A program made the position numbers and the translations under genes. 64,000 nucleotides of DNA from an uncultured Akkermansia sp. (GTDB lineage Bacteria > Verrucomicrobiota > Kiritimatiellia > RFP12 > JAAYNR01), in the NCBI GenBank assembly GCA_964506575.1, contig CAZDLY010000002.1, positions 64,440 through 128,439 on the forward strand. Direction: 5' to 3'. The notes beneath the pieces are model-generated. The model was not told the DNA's origin, did no database searches, and worked only from the letters and a program-made list of their open reading frames with translations. Shown piece after piece: positions 1 through 10,096 of the stretch (the stretch's first letter is position 1; the number at the start of each line of letters is the position of its first letter).

Positions 1-1
1 C

Positions 2-1207
2 CTGGCCGCGAGCGAAGAGATTGACGACAAGGGGATTGCCGAGGCCGCCGGTTCCGCGCCGATCATCCAGTTCGTTCATCTGGTCTTGTATAACGCGGTC
101 ATGGCCCGGGCTTCGGACATCCACTTTGAACCGTTCGAGAAGGAGTTCCGCATCCGCTACCGTGTGGACGGCGCGCTCTATGAGATGGCGCCGCCACCGC
201 GACGCCTGGCCACGCCGATCATTTCGCGCGTCAAGGTCATGTCCGGCCTGAATATTGCCGAACGCCGAATGCCGCAAGACGGACGCATCGCCATCACGGT
301 CGCCGGCCGGCATATTGACTTGCGCGTCTCCTGCCTGCCGACCCGTTTCGGCGAAAGCGTGGTGCTGCGCGTGTTGGACCAAAGCGTGATCTCGCTGAAT
401 CTCGACACCCTCGGCATGCCGGAAGATGTCTTGAACGACATCAGCAATGACGTCGAGAAGCCCAACGGCATCATCATCGCGACCGGCCCGACCGGCTGTG
501 GCAAGACGACCACGCTGTATTCCTGCCTGCGCCGGATCAACACCATCGACCAGAAGCTGCTGACCGCCGAGGAGCCCGTCGAATACGACATTGACGGCAT
601 CGTCCAGGTGCCCATCAATCCGCTGACGGGCAACACGTTCCCCCTGACGTTGCGGGCGTTCCTGCGTCAGGATCCCGATGTGATGATGATCGGTGAAATC
701 CGTGATCTGGAAACCGCCAAGATCGCCATCGAAGCCGCGTTGACGGGCCACCTGGTCTTCAGCACGCTGCACACCAACGATGCCGCCGGCGCCATCACGC
801 GCCTGATCGACATGGAGGTCGAACCCTATCTCATCGCCTCGACGCTGGAGGCTGTTCTGGGCCAGCGGCTGATTCGCACCATCTGCCTGAATTGCAAGAC
901 GGCGTACGAGCCGGACGACGACACGCTGCGCAGCCTCAATCTGACGCGGCCCGACATCGGATCGCGCCCGTTTTATTACGGTCGGGGCTGCCAGAAGTGC
1001 AACAGCACCGGCTACAAGGGGCGCAAGGGCATCTACGAGTATCTGCGGGTCTCGAACGATATCCGCGAGCTGATCAACGAGAAGAAGCCCACCCTCTTCC
1101 TCCGTGAAAAGGCGCGGGAGAAGGGCATGCGCACGATGCGCGAGGATGGCATACGCAACGTGCTGGACGGCTACACGACGGTGGATGAGATCCGCCTCTA
1201 CACCTAA
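2..1207 (+). CDS. Type II secretion / type IV pilus assembly ATPase (GspE/PilB family), 5'-truncated by the window edge
   Basis: The frame is open from nt 2 (…APIIQFVHLVLYNAVMARASDIHFEP). Walker A GPTGCGKTT is present. A C-terminal tetracysteine CLNC…CQKC is typical of GspE/PilB. Confidence 0.9.
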   Translation: MAASEEIDDKGIAEAAGSAPIIQFVHLVLYNAVMARASDIHFEPFEKEFRIRYRVDGALYEMAPPPRRLATPIISRVKVMSGLNIAERRMPQDGRIAITVAGRHIDLRVSCLPTRFGESVVLRVLDQSVISLNLDTLGMPEDVLNDISNDVEKPNGIIIATGPTGCGKTTTLYSCLRRINTIDQKLLTAEEPVEYDIDGIVQVPINPLTGNTFPLTLRAFLRQDPDVMMIGEIRDLETAKIAIEAALTGHLVFSTLHTNDAAGAITRLIDMEVEPYLIASTLEAVLGQRLIRTICLNCKTAYEPDDDTLRSLNLTRPDIGSRPFYYGRGCQKCNSTGYKGRKGIYEYLRVSNDIRELINEKKPTLFLREKAREKGMRTMREDGIRNVLDGYTTVDEIRLYT

Positions 1208-1228
1208 CCGGACGCGGAGAAGCTTGTT

Positions 1229-2149
1229 ATGGAAAACGTGGTGATTGTCGGAAGCGGACCCGCCGGATTGACGGCGGCCATTTATTGCGCGCGGGCGAAT
1301 CTGCGTCCGCTGGTGATCGAGGGCCAGCAACCCGGCGGACAACTGACGCAGACGACCGATGTCGAAAACTATCCGGGATTCGAAAGCGCCATCAACGGTT
1401 ACGACCTGGTCATGGCCATGCGCAAGCAGGCCGAGCGCATGGGCGCCCGCTTCACGATGGATCAGGTGAGCGCGTGCGATTTCAGCGGCGGCGTGAAACG
1501 GCTTTCGCTGGCGGCCAACGGCGAGCTGCTGTCGCGCACGGTGATCATCGCCACGGGCGCCGTCGCCCGCTATCTGGGTCTGCCGTCCGAGCAGGCGCTG
1601 ATCGGCCGCGGCGTCTCGGGGTGCGCGACCTGCGACGGCGCGTTTTACCGCGGCCAGGATGTTGCGGTCGTGGGCGGGGGCGACACCGCGATGGAAGATG
1701 CGTTGTATCTGTCGCGGATCGCGCGAACCGTGACGCTGATCCACAGGCGCCGCGAATTCCGCGCGTCGAAGGTCATGGTGGAGCGGGTGCTGGCGGCGCC
1801 CCACATCCGGGTGATCTGGGACAGCGTCGTGGCGGAGGTGCGCGATCCGCGGAAGAACGAGGTCACCGCCGTCGTGGTGCGGAACATCCAGACCGATGCG
1901 CGGAGCGAACTACCGGTCTCCGGCCTGTTCATCGCGATCGGCCATACGCCCAGCACGCAGCCGTTCCGGGCGGCCGTCACGTGCGACGACGCGGGGTATA
2001 TCGTGACGCAGAACACGCGGACCTCGGCGGACGGCGTGTTTGCGGCCGGCGATGTCCAGGATCCCGTCTACCGGCAGGCGGTCACGGCCGCGGGAACCGG
2101 CTGCATGGCGGCGCTGGAAGTCGAGCGGTACCTGGCCGCCAAGGGCTGA
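1229..2149 (+). CDS. trxB: Thioredoxin-disulfide reductase
   Basis: N-terminal FAD motif VVIVGSGPAGLTAAIY, redox-active CATCDG and NADPH motif VVGGGDTAMEDA. Length is 306 aa. Confidence 0.9.
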   Translation: MENVVIVGSGPAGLTAAIYCARANLRPLVIEGQQPGGQLTQTTDVENYPGFESAINGYDLVMAMRKQAERMGARFTMDQVSACDFSGGVKRLSLAANGELLSRTVIIATGAVARYLGLPSEQALIGRGVSGCATCDGAFYRGQDVAVVGGGDTAMEDALYLSRIARTVTLIHRRREFRASKVMVERVLAAPHIRVIWDSVVAEVRDPRKNEVTAVVVRNIQTDARSELPVSGLFIAIGHTPSTQPFRAAVTCDDAGYIVTQNTRTSADGVFAAGDVQDPVYRQAVTAAGTGCMAALEVERYLAAKG

Positions 2150-2178
2150 TCCCTTCTATCGTTCCCTGTAGGGCCGCC

Positions 2179-3234
2179 ATGCAAACGTCCGATTTCGACT
2201 ATGTGTTGCCGCCGGAACTGATCGCGCAGGAGCCGCCCGCCGTGCGCGGGTCTTCGCGGATGATGGTGCTGGACCGCCAGACGGGCGCGCTGGCGCATCA
2301 TCGGGTTGCCGACCTGCCCGACTTGCTTCAGGCCGGCGACCTGCTGATCCTGAACGACACCCGGGTGTTTCCCGCCCGGTTGCTGGGCCGGTGGGCGGAT
2401 ACCGGCGGCGCGGTGGAGTTTCTGCTGCTCGAACGGGAGGGAACCTCCGATGCGCAGTGGCGTGTGCTCGTGGGTTCCGGCAGACGGGTGCGGTCCGGCT
2501 TGCGCGCGGTATTCGGCGACGGGGCGCTGATGGCCGATATCCTGGCGCGGGGCGAGGGCGGGCAGGCCGTGATCGGGTTCGATTTGCGCGAACCCCTGGA
2601 GCCGCTGCTCGAGCGCTTCGGCGTCACGCCGCTGCCGCCCTACATCCATCGCGCGGCCGGCGATGACGCCCGGCAGCCGCTCGACCGCGCGCGGTATCAG
2701 ACGGTTTATGCGCGGAATGTCGGCGCCGTGGCCGCTCCCACGGCCGGCCTGCACCTGACCGAAGCGCTGCTCGATCAGATCCGGGGCCGGGGTGTCACGT
2801 GCGCGACGGTGACGCTCCATGTCGGGATCGGGACGTTCAGGCCGGTCACCTCCGAGACGGTGGAGGGGCATCGCATGGACGCCGAACGCTACACCGTGCC
2901 GATCGAGACGGCCGACGCGATCCGGGCGTGCCGGGCCCGGGGCGGCCGGGTGGTCGCGGTCGGCTCGACCTCCGTCCGCACGCTGGAGACCGTCGCGGCC
3001 GCGCATGACGGCGCGATCGAGGCGTGCTCCGGACGCAGCGACCTGTTCATCCATCCGCCCTTCACCTTCCGCGTCGTCAACGCCATGCTCACGAATTTTC
3101 ATCTGCCCCGGTCGACCCTGCTGATGATGGTTTCGGCATTCGCCGGACAGGCCCGCACACGGGACGCCTATGCCGCCGCCATCCACGCAGACTACCGATT
3201 CTTCAGTTACGGCGACTGCATGCTGATTCAGTGA
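2179..3234 (+). CDS. queA: S-adenosylmethionine:tRNA ribosyltransferase-isomerase
   Basis: MQTSDFDYVLPPELIAQEP start, LTNFHLPRSTLLMMVSAF near the C-terminus and FFSYGDCMLI at the end. The ORF-track start at 1285 is an upstream in-frame extension that overlaps trxB. Confidence 0.9.
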   Translation: MQTSDFDYVLPPELIAQEPPAVRGSSRMMVLDRQTGALAHHRVADLPDLLQAGDLLILNDTRVFPARLLGRWADTGGAVEFLLLEREGTSDAQWRVLVGSGRRVRSGLRAVFGDGALMADILARGEGGQAVIGFDLREPLEPLLERFGVTPLPPYIHRAAGDDARQPLDRARYQTVYARNVGAVAAPTAGLHLTEALLDQIRGRGVTCATVTLHVGIGTFRPVTSETVEGHRMDAERYTVPIETADAIRACRARGGRVVAVGSTSVRTLETVAAAHDGAIEACSGRSDLFIHPPFTFRVVNAMLTNFHLPRSTLLMMVSAFAGQARTRDAYAAAIHADYRFFSYGDCMLIQ

Positions 3235-3323
3235 GCCGCGTATGGGTTTATGGATTATTGACTTTGTGACGTGGGCATGAGACCATTCGTCCGTTTTTCA
3301 CACCCCGTCACTCTGGAGGAACC

Positions 3324-4430
3324 ATGATCAAGAAAGCGAAAGTGGGCATTATCGGCTGTGGTTCAATCTGCGACATTTATTTCAAGAACCTGACGCAGAC
3401 CTTCGTCAACACCGAAGTGATCGCCTGCGCGGATTTGTTTCCCGAGCGCGCCGAGGCCAAGGCCTCCCAATTCGGCGTGCCCAAAGCCTGTTCAGTCAAG
3501 GCGCTGCTGGCCGACCCCGACGTGTCGATTGTCGTCAATCTCACGGTTCCCAAGGCGCATGCCGCCGTCGCCCTGGCCGCGATCCGCGCGGGCAAGCATG
3601 TGCATGGCGAGAAACCGCTGGGCATCTCCCGCCAGGAGGGTCTCGCGATCCTGCGGGCGGCGGCGAAGGCGGGCGTCCGCGTCGGTTCGGCGCCCGACAC
3701 GTTTCTGGGCGGCGGCATCCAGACCTGCCGCAAGCTGATTGACGACGGGTGGATCGGAAAGCCGGTCGCGGCCCATGCGTTCATGCTGTGCCACGGCCAC
3801 GAGACCTGGCATCCCTCGCCCGAGTTCTACTATGAGCGCGGCGGCGGGCCGATGCTCGACATGGGGCCTTACTACCTGACCGCGCTGGTCAATCTCATCG
3901 GCCCGATCACACGCGTCACCGGCTCGGCGCGCGCCACCTTCCCCACCCGGACGATCACGAGCCGGCCGAAGTTCGGCACGGTCGTGAAGGTGGAGACCCC
4001 GACTCACATCGCGGGCGTCCTGGACTTCGCCAACGGGGCGGTGGGGACCCTTGTCACCAGTTTTGACATCTGGGGCCACACCCTGCCCTGCATCGAGGTT
4101 TACGGCACCGAGGGATCGATCTCCGTGCCCGATCCGAACGGGTTTGGCGGACCGGTCCGCGTCAAGCGCCATGACACACCCGATTGGATGGCGATGCCCC
4201 TCACGCACGGCTATGCCGAGAACAGCCGCGGCATCGGCGTGGCCGACATGGCCGCCGCCATCGCCGGCAGACGGCGCCACCGCGCTTCGGGGGAGCTGGC
4301 GATGCACGTCCTGGATGTGATGCTGGCCGTTGAGGAAGCCTCAACATCGGGCCGGGCCGTCACGATCCGGTCGGCGTGCCGGCAGCCCGCGCCCCTGCCG
4401 CTGGGTCTGCGCAACGGGCAGCTGGATTAA
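3324..4430 (+). CDS. Gfo/Idh/MocA family NAD(P)-dependent oxidoreductase
   Basis: N-terminal Rossmann motif KVGIIGCGSICDIY and an EKPL motif (HGEKPLG). GGAGG lies 5 nt upstream of the ATG. Confidence 0.8.
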   Translation: MIKKAKVGIIGCGSICDIYFKNLTQTFVNTEVIACADLFPERAEAKASQFGVPKACSVKALLADPDVSIVVNLTVPKAHAAVALAAIRAGKHVHGEKPLGISRQEGLAILRAAAKAGVRVGSAPDTFLGGGIQTCRKLIDDGWIGKPVAAHAFMLCHGHETWHPSPEFYYERGGGPMLDMGPYYLTALVNLIGPITRVTGSARATFPTRTITSRPKFGTVVKVETPTHIAGVLDFANGAVGTLVTSFDIWGHTLPCIEVYGTEGSISVPDPNGFGGPVRVKRHDTPDWMAMPLTHGYAENSRGIGVADMAAAIAGRRRHRASGELAMHVLDVMLAVEEASTSGRAVTIRSACRQPAPLPLGLRNGQLD

Positions 4431-5011
4431 TGGCCACCTGCATCCTCACGCCCACCTCGATCACCGAGCCGTTGCCGATCGACACGATCTTCGCGCCGGG
4501 CGCGCCGCTGGAGGTGGACGTCGGCGCCGGCAAGGGACGATTCCTGCTGGCGCGCGCCTCGGCCAACCCCGACGTGTCCTACCTAGCCATCGAGCGGATG
4601 CTGGGACGCGTCCGCAAGATCGACAGCAAGCTGACGCGCCATGGGCTGGCCAATGTGCGCATCATCCGCCTGGAGGCGTTCTACGCCCTGCAGTTTCTTC
4701 TGCCGCCCCAACGCATCCGGACCGTCTACATTCACTTCCCCGACCCGTGGCCGAAGCGCCGCCACCACAAGCGGCGGCTTTTCTCGCCGGAATTCCTCGA
4801 CATGCTTCACGACCGGCTGGAGCCCGGCGGCACGGTGCAGATCGCCACCGACCACCTCGACTATTTCGAGGCGATCCGCCAGGCGTTCGCGCGGGACGCG
4901 CGCTACCGGGACGTCGCGCCGATTCCGCGCAGGCCCGAGGAACAAACCGACTTCGAACTGATCTTCCGCGGCCACGGGCAACCCATCGGCGAGTGCGCCT
5001 ATCGCGTCTGA
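4430..5011 (+). CDS. trmB: tRNA (guanine46-N7)-methyltransferase
   Basis: EVDVGAGKGRFL SAM motif and the signature FPDPWPKRRHHKRR. The ATG overlaps the upstream stop (TAATG). Confidence 0.85.
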   Translation: MATCILTPTSITEPLPIDTIFAPGAPLEVDVGAGKGRFLLARASANPDVSYLAIERMLGRVRKIDSKLTRHGLANVRIIRLEAFYALQFLLPPQRIRTVYIHFPDPWPKRRHHKRRLFSPEFLDMLHDRLEPGGTVQIATDHLDYFEAIRQAFARDARYRDVAPIPRRPEEQTDFELIFRGHGQPIGECAYRV

Positions 5012-5051
5012 CCGGTTACAACCGTTCCCGCTTCGGGTCCCCATCCGCCGT

Positions 5052-7244
5052 CTAGCGCAGCAGGTTGTCCAGCTCGCGAACCTGCCGCACGCTCAGTTGA
5101 TCGCGCCGCGTGTTCAGAAGCTCGAGAACCTGGCGGCAGGCCTGCGTCTGACCGCGCGCCTGCAAGGTCGTGGCCAACAGCAGGTCCAGATCGGGCGAGC
5201 GCAACGGCTCGGGTGTGTTGCGGATCAGATCGATCACCGCATCGGGCTGCTCTTGTTTCACGAGCACCCGGGCCAGCAGAAGATACGCATCGCCCGAGAC
5301 ATCCGGCTGCCGCAGGGCCGCCTCCAGGGTCGTCCGGGCCAGATCAGCCTGATCGGTGCGCCAATAGGCCTCGCCCATCGCCGTCAGGATCGGTCCGTTC
5401 GTGACAAACGTCAGCGTATGGGAGAGATGGATGACGGCCATGCGCAGGGACGAGCGCTTCAGCAGCGCCTGGCCCAGCACTTCATTCGCGCGCACATGCA
5501 ACGGATTGAGCTTGAGGATGGTCAGGCAATCGCGCTCCAATATGTTCCAGTCCTGCTTGGCGATCCCCGCCTCCAGCATCCAATCCCCGATGCGGTCCTG
5601 CTCCGGCAGGCCGCGCGGCAGCAGGCGTAAAAACAGAATGCGGGCCGAATCGAGATTGCGACCGCCACGCGCGAGCAGGATGCGTGCGCGAAGCAGATCC
5701 ATCCGGTCACGATTCAACGCCGGCCTCATTCTGGCCAGATGGGGCAGGATGACCCGTTCGACCTCGCCCGCACGGCCCTGATCCAGCAGGCGCATGGCCG
5801 ACACCGCCACCGCGGCCGCATCCGCCGACGCGTCGAAGACGAATGCCTCCGGTCGGGCCGCGCCTGTTCCCGCAGGATTCGTTACGCTACCATCCCTCAC
5901 CGTATATTCGTTCATACGAACGGGATTCACCACGTCCCAATTCAATCCGGGCTGAATCACGGCCACGGCGGCGGCCAGAATGAACCCGCCCGCGCCGAAC
6001 ACACGCAACAGGATCCAGCCGAACATCCCTTCCCGATCCGCGACGTCCGCAACGGAGTCGTCGTCAGCGGCATCGCCGCCGCGCGGACGATGAACCGTGG
6101 CCACCAGAAACCAGCGGCTGATGAAATAGCCCGCCGCAAACACAATCGCCAGCGCCGCGATGAGCGACACCTCTCCACGCCCCCGCCAGTCGGCACCCGG
6201 CGTGTAGGGAAAGTTCAGCAGCACCACGCCCAACGCACCCGTGCCCAACGTCAACAAGGCGAGCGTGCCCAGCCGGTGCTCGCGCTGATGGCTCAATGAG
6301 AGGCACAGCGCCAGAATGAACGGGATGCCGGCCCAGAGCATCGTCCACATCCAATGCGGTGATGAACCGACATCCTGCAGCGCGCCCAGATGGCCTGCCG
6401 CCATGGCGCGCACGACCCGCGACACCGGAATCGCCGATCCGAGCGATTCGCGCAGCAACAGCGAGGCGAGGCCCAGCTGCACCGCGAAGCCGAGGCAGGC
6501 GCTGCCGATGGCGGCCACGAAATAACGCTGGAACGGCAGCTCGAAATGGATGATGGCCCGCACATAAAAAAAGATCAGCGCACCCGCCACCGCCAGGAAG
6601 ACCGGGCTCTCCGCGATCCCGATCCCCGCCACCGCGCTGACCAGACAGGCGCCACCCAGAGACGGCCGCAAACCAAACGACGTGGTCAGCCAGACCGCGA
6701 CCAGCAGCAGCAGCGCATCGAACGCGCCCGGGCCGGCACGCGTGGCCATGATCCAGAATGACGCGCTGAAGGCATACACCAGCCCCGCGCCAATCGTTCC
6801 GATCGCGAGCGCCATCCGCTCCCGCCGTGTAAACTCCGCAATCATGAGACTCAGCGCCTCATGCGCGCTCCCGACCTGTGGCAGGGGCCTGTCGGGGTCC
6901 TCATTCCCCTGTAGCAGATAGAGCGTGGAAACATCGACCCGGCTCATCCCGCAGGCCAGCAGCCGCCTGAAAACGACCAGAAAGCCGCACAGACCGGCCC
7001 CCGAAAACAACGCGCTCAGCGCGTTGATCGTGGCCTCGGGATTGGCCAGCTTGAGCGCGACGGCCGAGCGGGCGCTCAGCAGCCACACCTGATGGAGCGC
7101 GATGGTCTGCGGATCCAGCTTCAGAACGAGTCCGCCCATTTCAGCGGGGAGCCCCGCGTGAAAGGCGTCGGACACGCAGAACAGCAGCAGAAAGGCCGCA
7201 TAGGCCAGACCCGCAACGATGGCCACAATCTGAAACAGCTTCAT
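5052..7244 (-). CDS. Polytopic membrane protein with C-terminal TPR-like repeats, function unknown
   Basis: 730 aa. The N-terminal ~450 aa contain many hydrophobic helices. The C-terminal ~250 aa are helical-repeat/TPR-like. The start overlaps the nadB stop by 4 nt. Confidence 0.6.
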   Translation of the reverse strand: MKLFQIVAIVAGLAYAAFLLLFCVSDAFHAGLPAEMGGLVLKLDPQTIALHQVWLLSARSAVALKLANPEATINALSALFSGAGLCGFLVVFRRLLACGMSRVDVSTLYLLQGNEDPDRPLPQVGSAHEALSLMIAEFTRRERMALAIGTIGAGLVYAFSASFWIMATRAGPGAFDALLLLVAVWLTTSFGLRPSLGGACLVSAVAGIGIAESPVFLAVAGALIFFYVRAIIHFELPFQRYFVAAIGSACLGFAVQLGLASLLLRESLGSAIPVSRVVRAMAAGHLGALQDVGSSPHWMWTMLWAGIPFILALCLSLSHQREHRLGTLALLTLGTGALGVVLLNFPYTPGADWRGRGEVSLIAALAIVFAAGYFISRWFLVATVHRPRGGDAADDDSVADVADREGMFGWILLRVFGAGGFILAAAVAVIQPGLNWDVVNPVRMNEYTVRDGSVTNPAGTGAARPEAFVFDASADAAAVAVSAMRLLDQGRAGEVERVILPHLARMRPALNRDRMDLLRARILLARGGRNLDSARILFLRLLPRGLPEQDRIGDWMLEAGIAKQDWNILERDCLTILKLNPLHVRANEVLGQALLKRSSLRMAVIHLSHTLTFVTNGPILTAMGEAYWRTDQADLARTTLEAALRQPDVSGDAYLLLARVLVKQEQPDAVIDLIRNTPEPLRSPDLDLLLATTLQARGQTQACRQVLELLNTRRDQLSVRQVRELDNLLR

Positions 7245-8896
7245 CGCGTACCCCCCTCTCGCGCCCCGGTCGGCGGCGCAACATGCGACCCCGCCGACGG
7301 CGTATGGATGCGGCGGCCGGCGATCACGGTGGGCTTCACCGCCTCACTCCGGTCCGGATAGTCCAGCGTGTAGTGCAAGCCACGGCTCTCCTGGCGGCGG
7401 GTCGCGCTGCGGATGATCAGCGCCGCCACATCGGCGATATTGCGCAGTTCGAGCGTGTCGGGCGTCACCCAGTAATCGAAATAATACTGGCGGATCTCCC
7501 GGCGCAGGTTGGCGATGCGCCGCAGGGCCCGTTCGAGCCGCTTGCCGGAGCGGACGATGCCGACGTAGTCCCACATGCACGTCCGGACTTCGTTCCAGTT
7601 GTGCGACACCACCACCCGTTCGTCGCTGACCACCGCGTGCCCGTACTGCCAATCCGGAATCATCACATCGACCCGTTTCGCCGGCTCCCGCACGACCCGC
7701 TCCGCCAGGGCATGCGCGCAGACCAGCGCCTCCAGCAAGGAGTTGCTGGCCAGCCGGTTGGCGCCATGCAAACCCGTGCAGGCGCACTCGCCCACGGCCA
7801 GCAACCCCGGCAGCGTCGTCTCGCCCGCGACCGTGGCCTGGATGCCGCCGCAGCAATAGTGAGCCGCCGGAACCACAGGAACCAGATCGGAGGCCATGTC
7901 GATGCCGAAGCGCAGCGCGGTCGCATAAAGCGTGGGAAACCGCGCCTCGATGAATGCCCGGGGCTTGCTGCGCATGTCGAGACAGCAGTAGGGCGCCGCG
8001 GTCCGCTTCATTTCGGCATCAATCGCGCGGGCCACAATGTCCCGCGGCGCCAGGGCTCCGCGCGAATCGTATTTCAGCATGAACGGACGGCCCTCGCGAT
8101 CCACCAATTCCGCGCCTTCGCCCCGCACCGCCTCGCTGATGAGGAAGTTCTTGGCCTGTGGATGGTAGAGGCAGGTCGGATGAAACTGGATGAACTCCAT
8201 GTTGGCGATGTCCGCGCCCGCCCGCCAGGCGATCGCCACCCCGTCGCCCGTGGCAATGTCGGGGTTGCTCGTGTAGAGATACACCTTGCCGCACCCGCCG
8301 GTCGCCAGGACCGTCCACGGCGCCCGGACCGCGCTGATCTCGCCGGTCGCCTCGTCCAGAAGATAGGCGCCGATGCACCGGTTATGCCCGGGCAGGCCGA
8401 GCCAGCGCGTCGTGATCGCGTCGATCACCATCGTGCGCTCGCGGACCACGATGTTGGGATGCTCCAGCACGCGTTCCAGCAGGACGCTTTCCACGCGCCG
8501 CCCGGTGATATCCCCCGCGTGCAGCACACGCCGCCGGGTATGCCCCCCCTCGCGCCCCAGGTCATAGCCGCTGACGCTCTCGGCGCTGGCGCTGAACTGC
8601 ACGCCCATCCGCTCCAGATCGGCAATCCGCGCCGGGCCGTCCGACACGATCCGCCTCACCACCGCCTCGTCACATAACCCCGCGCCCGCATCGAGCGTGT
8701 CGGCCACATGCTGTTCGAAGGTGTCCCCCGGCTCCAGCACGCAGGCGATGCCGCCCTGGGCGTAATTGCTGTTGCTTTCGGCCGATTCCTTCTTGGTCGC
8801 CAGCAGGACGCGCCCGCTGGACGCCATCCGCAACGCGGCGGACAGCCCGGCAATGCCGCTTCCCGCAATAAAGTAGTCAACTGACTCGATGCGCAT
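7241..8896 (-). CDS. nadB: L-aspartate oxidase
   Basis: DYFIAGSGIAGLSAA FAD motif, HPTC motif region (FIQFHPTCLY) and RxxGANRLASNSLLE motif. The start was chosen at MRIESVDYF; the ORF track extends it 10 codons upstream. Confidence 0.9.
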   Translation of the reverse strand: MRIESVDYFIAGSGIAGLSAALRMASSGRVLLATKKESAESNSNYAQGGIACVLEPGDTFEQHVADTLDAGAGLCDEAVVRRIVSDGPARIADLERMGVQFSASAESVSGYDLGREGGHTRRRVLHAGDITGRRVESVLLERVLEHPNIVVRERTMVIDAITTRWLGLPGHNRCIGAYLLDEATGEISAVRAPWTVLATGGCGKVYLYTSNPDIATGDGVAIAWRAGADIANMEFIQFHPTCLYHPQAKNFLISEAVRGEGAELVDREGRPFMLKYDSRGALAPRDIVARAIDAEMKRTAAPYCCLDMRSKPRAFIEARFPTLYATALRFGIDMASDLVPVVPAAHYCCGGIQATVAGETTLPGLLAVGECACTGLHGANRLASNSLLEALVCAHALAERVVREPAKRVDVMIPDWQYGHAVVSDERVVVSHNWNEVRTCMWDYVGIVRSGKRLERALRRIANLRREIRQYYFDYWVTPDTLELRNIADVAALIIRSATRRQESRGLHYTLDYPDRSEAVKPTVIAGRRIHTPSAGSHVAPPTGAREGGTR

Positions 8897-8919
8897 GGTA
8901 CAGCCTTTTCCACTCACGC

Positions 8920-8949
8920 TTGACAAGACCGGTGGGGAGGCGTCATATT
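8920..8949 (+). promoter_or_regulatory. Possible sigma-70-type promoter for argC (TTGACA-N18-CATATT)
   Basis: TTGACA at 8920-8925 and CATATT at 8944-8949, in the nadB/argC divergent intergenic region. Confidence 0.3.
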
Positions 8950-9040
8950 ATCACGAATCGGACGGATTGGAAGAGCGGACTTGCAGCTTTTTTCGTCCTC
9001 ATCGGATCGCAGACGAAACCTTTCTGAGGTGATTCACAGC

Positions 9041-10096
9041 ATGATCACGGTCAAAATCATCGGCGCCACGGGCTATGGCGGAGTCGGCATCATTGAATTG
9101 TTGCTCCAACACCCGCAGGCGCGCCTCGTGACCCTGGTTGCGCGGGAGGACATCGGCCTGCCCCTGAGCGCGGTGTATCCGCACCTGACCGGCTTCTGTG
9201 ACCTCCCCATCCTCGCCCCGGATGACCCCGCCGCCGCCGAACCGGCGGATGTCGTCTTCTACTCCACGCCGGATGGCGTAGGCATGACCCGCGCCCGCGC
9301 CGATCTTGCCGGCGGGTCCAAGATCATCGATTACAGCGGCGACTTCCGCTTCACCACGCCCGAAGCCTACGCGGATTACGCCACCCGCATCGGCCGCAAC
9401 CCCGTGCATGCCGCGCCGGACCTGCTCGGCGGCAACGCCTACGGCCTGGCCGAGCTTCACCGCGAGGAGATTCGCAACGCCCGGATCGTGGGCAACCCCG
9501 GCTGTTTTGCGGCCAGTTGCATCCTGGGCCTCGCGCCCGCCGCCCGCGCCGGCTTGATTGATCCATCCAGCGTCATCTGCGACTGCACGACCGGGGTGTC
9601 CGGGGCGGGCAAGAAAGTCGCGCCCACCTTTCACTACCCGGCCCGCTATGAGCAGTTGAACGCCTACAAGCTCGCCGGCCATCAGCATGTCTGCGAGGTC
9701 GAGCGCGAACTCACGCTCCTCGCGGGCCGTGAGCTGCGCGTCACGTTCACCGCACATGTGGCGCCCGTCTGCCGCGGCATCATGTCCACCCTCTACGGCA
9801 CGCTGACCGCGCCGCTGACCGAGGATCAGGCGCTCGAGTGCTACCGCGCGTTCTACGCCGGCAGCCCCTTTGTCCGCGTCTTCCCCAGCACCGCCGCCAT
9901 CGGCACGCTCCACGTCCGCGGCACGAACTTCTGCAACCTGGTCGTCAGCGTCGATCCCCGCACCAACCGGCTTCGGGTTGTCTCGTACATCGACAACCTG
10001 ATGAAGGGGCAGGCCGGTTCGGCGCTGCAGAACATGAATCTGATGTGTCACTGTGATGAAACCCTCGGTCTCAACCGTCCAGGAAACTACCCGTGA
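9041..10096 (+). CDS. argC: N-acetyl-gamma-glutamyl-phosphate reductase
   Basis: MITVKIIGATGYGGVGIIELL start and active-site GNPGCFA motif. About 351 aa. Confidence 0.9.
   Translation: MITVKIIGATGYGGVGIIELLLQHPQARLVTLVAREDIGLPLSAVYPHLTGFCDLPILAPDDPAAAEPADVVFYSTPDGVGMTRARADLAGGSKIIDYSGDFRFTTPEAYADYATRIGRNPVHAAPDLLGGNAYGLAELHREEIRNARIVGNPGCFAASCILGLAPAARAGLIDPSSVICDCTTGVSGAGKKVAPTFHYPARYEQLNAYKLAGHQHVCEVERELTLLAGRELRVTFTAHVAPVCRGIMSTLYGTLTAPLTEDQALECYRAFYAGSPFVRVFPSTAAIGTLHVRGTNFCNLVVSVDPRTNRLRVVSYIDNLMKGQAGSALQNMNLMCHCDETLGLNRPGNYP

Noticed and set aside
1285-2178. N-terminal 298-codon extension of queA in the ORF track (1285..3234).
   Set aside because: It overlaps trxB in another frame and is Arg/Gly-rich. 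The canonical QueA N-terminus MQTSDFDYVLPPELIA begins at 2179.
2068-3186. Long antisense or out-of-frame ORFs across the high-GC regions. Examples: 2068..3186 -, 7283..8677 +, 8999..10138 -, 10264..11151 -, 13800..14939 -, 20454..21542 -, 22333..23355 -, 26234..27202 -, 30366..31385 -, 32997..34364 -, 37478..38317 -, 62774..63391 -.
   Set aside because: They lie opposite or out of frame to ORFs with clear family motifs. They are Arg/Gly/Pro/Ala-rich low-complexity translations typical of shadow ORFs in GC-rich DNA. None shows recognisable motifs.
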